From NCBI RefSeq assembly GCF_009914755.1, contig NC_060937.1: 64,000 bases of DNA; one strand, 5' to 3'. Position 1 is the stretch's first letter. Each line of letters starts with the position of its first letter. The DNA comes from the human T2T-CHM13v2.0 reference genome, Homo sapiens. The notes beneath the pieces are model-generated. The model ran no database searches, was not told the origin of the DNA, and was given only the letters and a program-made list of their open reading frames with translations. Both the position numbers and the translations under genes were made by a program. Positions 53,867 through 64,000 of the stretch are shown here, in pieces.

Positions 53867-54238
53867 CTTAGAAATTTCTTCCACCAGATTCCCTAGGTCA
53901 TCACTCTTAAGTTCAACCTTCCATAAATCCCTAGGGTATGGGCACAATGCTGGCAAGTTCTTTGCTAGGATGTAACGAGGGTAACCTTTGCTCCAGTTCC
54001 CAAGAAGTTCCTCATTTCTGAGACCTCATCAGCCTGGCCTTTACTGTGCATATCTCTATCGACATTTTGCTCAATACCACTTAACCAGTCTCTAAGAAAT
54101 TCCAAACTTTCCCTTGTCCACTTGTCTTCTTCTAGGCTCTCCAAAGTCTTCTAATCTCTGCACATTACCCAGTTCCCAAAGCCAATTCCACATTTTCAGG
54201 TATCTTTATAGCACCACTCATTCTTGGTATCAATTTTC
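53867..54238 (-). mobile_element. MST-int MaLR internal sequence (5' part)
   Basis: TAGAAATTTCTTCCACCAGA; CCTTTGCTCCAGTTCCCAA; TTCCACATTTTCAGGTATCTT; abuts the LTR. Confidence 0.85.
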
Positions 54239-54636
54239 TGTATTAGTCCATTTTGCATTGCTATAAAGGCATACCTGAGGCTGGGTAATTTATGAAGAAA
54301 ATAGGTTTATTTGGCTCACGATTGTGGATGGTGCTAGCATCTTCTTGGCTTCTGGTGAGGTCTCAAGAAGCTTTAACTCATGGCAGAAGGCAAAAGGGAA
54401 GCAGGCATGTCACATGGTGAGAGGGAGAAAGAGATAAATGCTAAGCTTTTTGAAGCAACCAGCTCTCATGTGAACTCATAAAGTGAGAACTCACTCATTA
54501 CCATGGGGAGGGCATAGAGTCATTCCTGAGGGCTCTGCCCACACAACCCAAACACCTTCCACCAGGCCCCACCTCCAACAATGGGGATTACATTTCAGCA
54601 TGAGATTTGGAGGGGACAAATACCCAAACTGTATCA
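54239..54636 (-). mobile_element. MSTB-like MaLR 5' LTR
   Basis: TGTATTAGTCCATTTTGCATTGCTATAAAG; CCAGGCCCCACCTCCAACA; CATGAGATTTGGAGGGGACAAA. Confidence 0.92.
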
Positions 54637-56175
54637 CAACCCAAATTAAAGTATCCAGGTATACTTTTTCCCTTATCAAATTGCTTTAAAACCTGCAATA
54701 TCCTGTGCTGGTGAGAATGAGGAGAAGTGAGAACTTTCATACACTTTTGCTGGAATTGCATATATAAATTTTGACACAGAAATTTCATATCTAGAAACTT
54801 ATCCCATGGAAATAACAGCACGACGTTTTTATTATTTAATTTCATCTCAGGAGCATTTCCCCATACTAGTAAATAGTTTTTAAAACAATTATTATTTTTT
54901 TCTACCAATTGTGTATTTCTTCTTTCCATGGTGATGACATAATTTCTTTAAGTATTTTCCTATTATTGGGCATTTGTGTCATTTTGAATATTCTGCTTTT
55001 AGGTTTAAGAGACATATAACCAAATCAGATAATGAGTATTGTTTAGATCCTGATTGAAACAAATAGTACAAAGGCATTTTCAAGATTACCTGGAAATTTT
55101 GAATATTTAAAGGGTGTTCAATGATACAAAATTAGTATTAATTTGTTTTGTGTTATATTGGCTTTCTTGGATTGGTGTCACATCGATCTCTCTACTCTTT
55201 GCTTGGAGAATTCAATTGTTTACCTCTATATCCTGCATTTTCAAGAATGATAAGAAGAAGAAGTCACATTTTGATTGTCCCTTTCCAAGGGAGGGAAACC
55301 CCAGGGATCTAAAGCCCTATTTAGCTCCTTGGGGAACGGGAAGGGATGGGGGGATACATTCTTTAAAATTCTTTCTTATTCTGTTAAGCCAGTAAGAAAT
55401 TAGGATTGCTTATTTGTTAACCTGGTCTCCTTGCTACAGTTTTTGGGAGACATGTTTGCCAATAATTTAAGTTCTAAAATAATGCCCTTAAATGAACAAA
55501 AAAATTGTGTTTATTAAATACAAACCAACTAGTGAACAATTGAGGCTTAGGTGAGAATTGGGTCAATGGAATGAGAAGTATATTTTTTCTCATTTCTTTT
55601 AGTGTGAAAATAAGGTCATTCTTTGCATTATAAATAGTACATGTTTATTATAGGTAATATCAATAATGTCCGTACTATCACTATTCAAAGATACTAATAT
55701 TTTAGTGTCTTTTCATCCTGTCTTTTTCCAGGTGTAGTTATTATTCAATTTATAATTTGGCATCCTACCATATATATAATTTAACATCTACTCTTTTAAC
55801 GTAAGTATTTCTTAATATTATCATAAATTCTTGTATAACATTCTTTTTAATGACTCCATAATATTCTACCAAGTATATATATATTACTACATATAATAGT
55901 ATTACATATATAATAGTTTAACTATCTTACTATTATCAGAAAAATAATATATTTACTATAAAACTTTTTTTAATACTTTAAGTGTTAGGGTACATGTGCA
56001 CAACGTGCAGGTTAGTTACATATGTATACATGTGCCATGTTGGTGTGCTGCACCCATTAACTCGTCATTTAACATTAGGTATATCGTCTCATGCTATCCC
56101 TCCCCCCCTCCCCCCACTCCACAACAGGCCCTGGTGTGTGATGTTCCCCTTCCTGTGTCCATGTGTTCTCATTGT

Positions 56176-59993
<3,818 letters not shown>

Positions 59994-60056
59994 TATGATG
60001 TTAGCTGGTTATTTTGCTCGTTAGTTGATGCAGTTTCTTCCTAGCCTCGATGGTCT

Positions 60057-61074
60057 TTACAATTTGGCATGTTTTTGCAGTGGCTCGTACCAGCTGTTCC
60101 TTTCCATGTTTAGTGCTTCCTTCAGGAGCTCTTTTAGGGCAGGCCTGGTGGTGACAAAATCTCTCAGCATTTGCTTGTCTGTAAAGGATTTTATTTCTCC
60201 TTCACTTATGAAGCTTAGTTTGGCTGGATATGAAATTCTGGGTTGAAAATTCTTTTCTTTAAGAATGTTGAATATTGGCCCCCACTCTCATCTGGCTTAT
60301 AGAGTTTCTGCCGAGAGATCAGCTGTTACTCTGATGGGCTTCCCTTTGTGGGTAACCCAACCTTTCTCTCTGGCTGCCCTTAACATTTTTTCCTTCATTT
60401 CAACTTTGGTGAATCTGACAGTTATGTGTCTTGGAGTTGCTCTTCTCGAGGAGTATCTTTGTGGCGTTCTCTGTATTTCCTGAATTTGAATGTTGGCCTG
60501 CCTTGCTAGATTGGGGAAGTTCTCCTGGATAATATCCTGCAGAGTGTTTTCCAACTTGGTTCCATTCTCCCCGTCACTTTCAGGTACACCAATCAGACGT
60601 AGATTTGGTCTTTTCACATAGTCCCATATTTCTTGGAGGCTTTGTTCTTTTCTTTTTATTCTTTTTTCTCTAAACTTCTCTTCTTGCTTCATTTCATTCA
60701 TTTGATCTTCCATCACTGATACCCTTTCTTCCAGTTGATCAAATCGGCTACTGAGGCTTGTGCATTCATCACGCAGTTCTCGTGCCTTGGTTTTCAGCTC
60801 CATCAGGTCCTTTAAGGACTTCTCTGCATTGGTTCTTCTAGTTAGCCATTCGTCTAATTTTTTTTTCAAGGTTTTTAACTTCTTTGCCGTGGGTTGGAAC
60901 TTCATCCTTTAGCTTGGAGTAGTTTGATCGTCTGAAGCCTTCTTCTCTCAACTTGTCAAAGTCATTCTCCGTCCAGCTTTGTTCTGTTGCTGGTGAGGAG
61001 CTGCGTTCCTTTGGAGGAGGAGAGGTGCTCTGATTTTTAGAGTTTCCAGTTTTTCTGCTCTGTTTTTTCCCCAT
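60057..61074 (-). pseudogene. L1 ORF1p, disrupted
   Basis: MGKKQSRK start; EIWDYVKRPNLRLIGVPE motif; frameshift at the A-run near 60860 and premature TAA at 60297. Confidence 0.95.
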
Positions 61075-62090
61075 CTTCATGGTTTTATCTACCTTTGGTC
61101 TTTGATGATGGTGACGTACAGATGGGGTTTTGGTGTGGATGTCCTTTCTGTTTGTTAGTTTTCCTTCTAAGAGTCAGGACCCTCAGCTGAAGGTCTGTTG
61201 GAGTTTGCTGGAGGTCCACTTGAGACCCTGTTTGCCTGAGTATCAGCAGCAGAGGCTACAGAACAGTGGATATTGGTGAGCAGCAAATGTTTCTGCCTGA
61301 TCGTTCCTCTGGAAGTTTTGTCTCAGGGGAGTACCCGGCCATGTGAGGTGTCAGTCTGCCCCTACTGGGGGGTGCCTCCCAGTTAGGCTACTTGGGGGTC
61401 AGGGACCCACTTGAGGAGGCAGTCTGTCCGTTCTCAGATCTCAAGCTGCCTGCTGGGAGAACCACTACTCTCTTCAAAGCTGTCAGACAGGGACATTTAA
61501 GTCTGCAGAGGTTTCTGCTGCCTTTTGTTCAGCTATGCCCTGCCCCCAGAGGTGAGGTCTACAGAGGCAGGCAGGCCTCCTTGAGCTGCGGTGGGCTCCA
61601 CCTAGTTCGAGCTTCCCGGTTGCTTTGTTTACCTACTCAAGCCTCAGCAATGGTGGGCGCCCCTCCCCCAGCCTCACTGCCACCTTGCAGTTTGATCTCA
61701 GACCGCTGTGCTAGCATGAGCGAGGCTCTGTGGGCGTAGGATCCTCCGAGCCAGGCACAGGATATAATCTCCTGGTGTGCCATTTGCTAAGACCATTGGA
61801 AAAGCACAGTATTAGGGTGGGAGTGACCCAATTTTCCAGGTGCCATCTGTCACCCCTTTCTTTGACTAGGAAAGGGAATTCCCTGACCCCTTGTGCTTCC
61901 CGGTTGAGGCGATGCCTTGCCCTGCTTTGGCTCACACTGGGTGCACTGCACCCACTGTCCTGCACCCACTTTCCAGCACTCGCCAGTGAGATGAGCCCAG
62001 TACCTCAGTTGGAAATGCAGAAATCACCTGTCTTCTGCATCGCTCACGCTGGGAGCTCTAGACTGGAGCTGTTCCTATTTGGCCATCTTC
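61075..62090 (-). promoter_or_regulatory. L1 5'UTR: internal sense promoter and antisense promoter (fires on the + strand)
   Basis: L1PA 5'UTR sequence; YY1 core GGCCATCTT at 62081-62089; many CpGs decayed; activity not shown. Confidence 0.7.
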
Positions 62091-62172
62091 ACTATAAAAC
62101 CTTTTGAATACAAGTTTTATTTTTCTTATTTCAGATTTCTTATTTCTTATTTCCTTAGCAAAGTCCAAATCC

Positions 62173-62468
62173 TTTTTTTTTTTTTTTTGATACAGGGTCT
62201 CACTGTTGCCCAGGCTGGAATGCAATAGAGCAGTCATGGCTCACTGTAGCCTTGACCTCTTGGGCTCAAGCAATCCTCCCACACAGCCTGCTGAGTAGCT
62301 GGGACCACAAGTGTGTGCCATTATGCCTGGCTAATTTTTAAACATATTTTCAGAGATGAGGTCTCCCTATGTTTCCCTGGCTGGTCTCAAGCTCCTGAGC
62401 TCAAGCCATCTTTCCTCTTCAGCCCCCCAAATTGTTGGGATTACAGGCCTTAACCACCTTGCCCAACT
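62173..62468 (-). mobile_element. AluJ SINE
   Basis: Poly-T, GGCTCACTGTAGCCTTGACCTCTTGGGCTCAAGCAATCCTCCC. Confidence 0.92.
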
Positions 62469-63254
62469 CAGTTTTCAATATTTGCTAACCACTTGTATTG
62501 TCTCTTGAGGACTATATGTTCATATCATTTACATATGTATTTATCTTTTGGATCCTACAGCTTTATTTAAATATTAATTATGTGACTTAGTTTCTGTGAC
62601 TATTTTTTTCCCATTTGTTGAGTAATTTTTAAGATTGTTTAGTCTCTTATGAATGGAGTAATTTTTTATTTTTATATACAAAATCTATAAATCTTCTAGT
62701 TTGTGATTTCTCCAACTTGATTTTAAAATGTTAGATTCAATGACATAGAAAAAATTCCTTGAGCACAAAGCTGATTTCTAGACCTTAGAGTAGGAGCCTA
62801 CAAGGGTTTTCCCTCTCTTTTATCAAGTTGAGAGAGAAGGGAAGATGACACATGGGACTGGTATGAGGGCCTTTAAAATCAGAGCAACCAATGCCAGAGA
62901 GATTGATGGTATTCTTGAAGGGAGTGGGAGGAGGCAATTAGAACACTTAGGTTAATTGCACTGGATGGATAAGGAATGGCAAAGTGGAGTGGCCCAGCCA
63001 TGGCATTCCACCTAGTTAGGCTGCAAATGATCACACCTGAGCTACTCTGCTGTGTCTCTTCTTCCCTACTCAGGGAAATCTCCAGCCCTCTCTGGTTCCC
63101 ACCCCCAGCTCTGTAGTATTACTATAGTGTCTGTAACATCAGCTGTAGCTGGGCATAAAATGATGCAACACCAGCCTGTCTCTGCTTCTCATGGGTTCAG
63201 GAAGTGGTCTTTCATTTATCATCGACCACTTAGTACCAGCCACCTACCGTGAGA

Positions 63255-63825
63255 AGCAAAACAGACAAGAAGGAAAGAAATGGGCAGATTGGGGATATAT
63301 TTTGAGGGTATACTTGAGAGGATTTGTTGAAGGATTGGAGGTAGTGTATGAGAAAGATGAACAAGGATGTTCTCAAGACCGGAGCAAGAAGTTGCCATAT
63401 CCTGAGATGAGATAAGTAGCAGGAGAAGAAAGTTTCAAGGGTGGTAATCAGGAGATCAATTTCTGCACACATTAGGTTTGATAGGCCTTGCGATGTCCAA
63501 ATGGAGATACATGGGCCTGAAGGGAGATTATGGGGCTGGAGTTCAGAAGGGAGATCCAGGGTGGAGATTTGTCAACAAATAGGTGGATGACAGCATCCAG
63601 GAGACAGAGTGACTAGAAAAGTAAAGAGGATGGAAGAATGAGTGCTGGGACTTTCCACTGGCACATAATTTAGAGGGCGAAAAGACGAGAATAAACCAGC
63701 AAAGGTGACGGGGGAGCAGCAACCAGTGAGGTAAGGGGAAAGCCAGGAGAGTGTGGTGGTATCCTGGAAGCCAAGGGAAGAAAGTTTATCAAGCAGGAAA
63801 GAGTGATCTGCTGGGTTAAATGCCG
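63255..63825 (-). mobile_element. L2 LINE fragment
   Basis: CAGATTGGGGATATATTTTGAGGGTA; GATGTCCAAATGGAGAT; TCCTGGAAGCCAAGGGAAGAAAGT. Confidence 0.8.
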
Positions 63826-64000
63826 CTTAATGGTAAATATTGAGTGTCAACTTGATAGGATTGAAGGATGCAAAGTATTGTTCCTGGGTGTGTCTGTGGG
63901 GATGTTGCCAAAGGAGATTAACATTTGAGTCAGTGGACTGGGAGGCACAGACCCCACCATCAGTCTTGGTGGGCACAATCTAATCAGCTGCCAGCACAGC
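63826..64000 (+). mobile_element. MLT2A (HERV-L) LTR, 5' part, runs off the window
   Basis: ATATTGAGTGTCAACTTGATAGGATTGAAGGATGCAAAGTATTGTTCCTGGGTGTGTCTGTG...AACATTTGAGTCAGTGGACTGGG. Confidence 0.92.

Overview
AT-rich primate (human-like) nuclear DNA, intronic or intergenic, and dominated by interspersed repeats. It holds Alu J/S elements, old L1M and young L1PA LINEs, L2/MIR, MaLR/ERVL/ERV1 solo LTRs and hAT fragments. I recognise no host protein-coding gene or RNA gene; the only real coding remnants are disrupted L1 ORF1/ORF2. The main landmarks are a 5'-inverted (twin-primed) L1PA2/3-like element at 29688-32333 and a near full-length, inactive L1PA3/4-like element at 55965-62090 (minus strand), both with target-site duplications (TSDs). 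The two L1s share patches of non-consensus variants, which suggests non-allelic gene conversion. A 271-bp, ~93%-identical direct repeat brackets a ~700-bp segment at 27.3-28.6 kb, and a few splice-site-flanked segments could be exons of a + strand non-coding or UTR transcript. I find no convincing evidence of a new biological system. Repeat subfamily names come from recalled consensus sequences, and the boundaries of old repeats are approximate.
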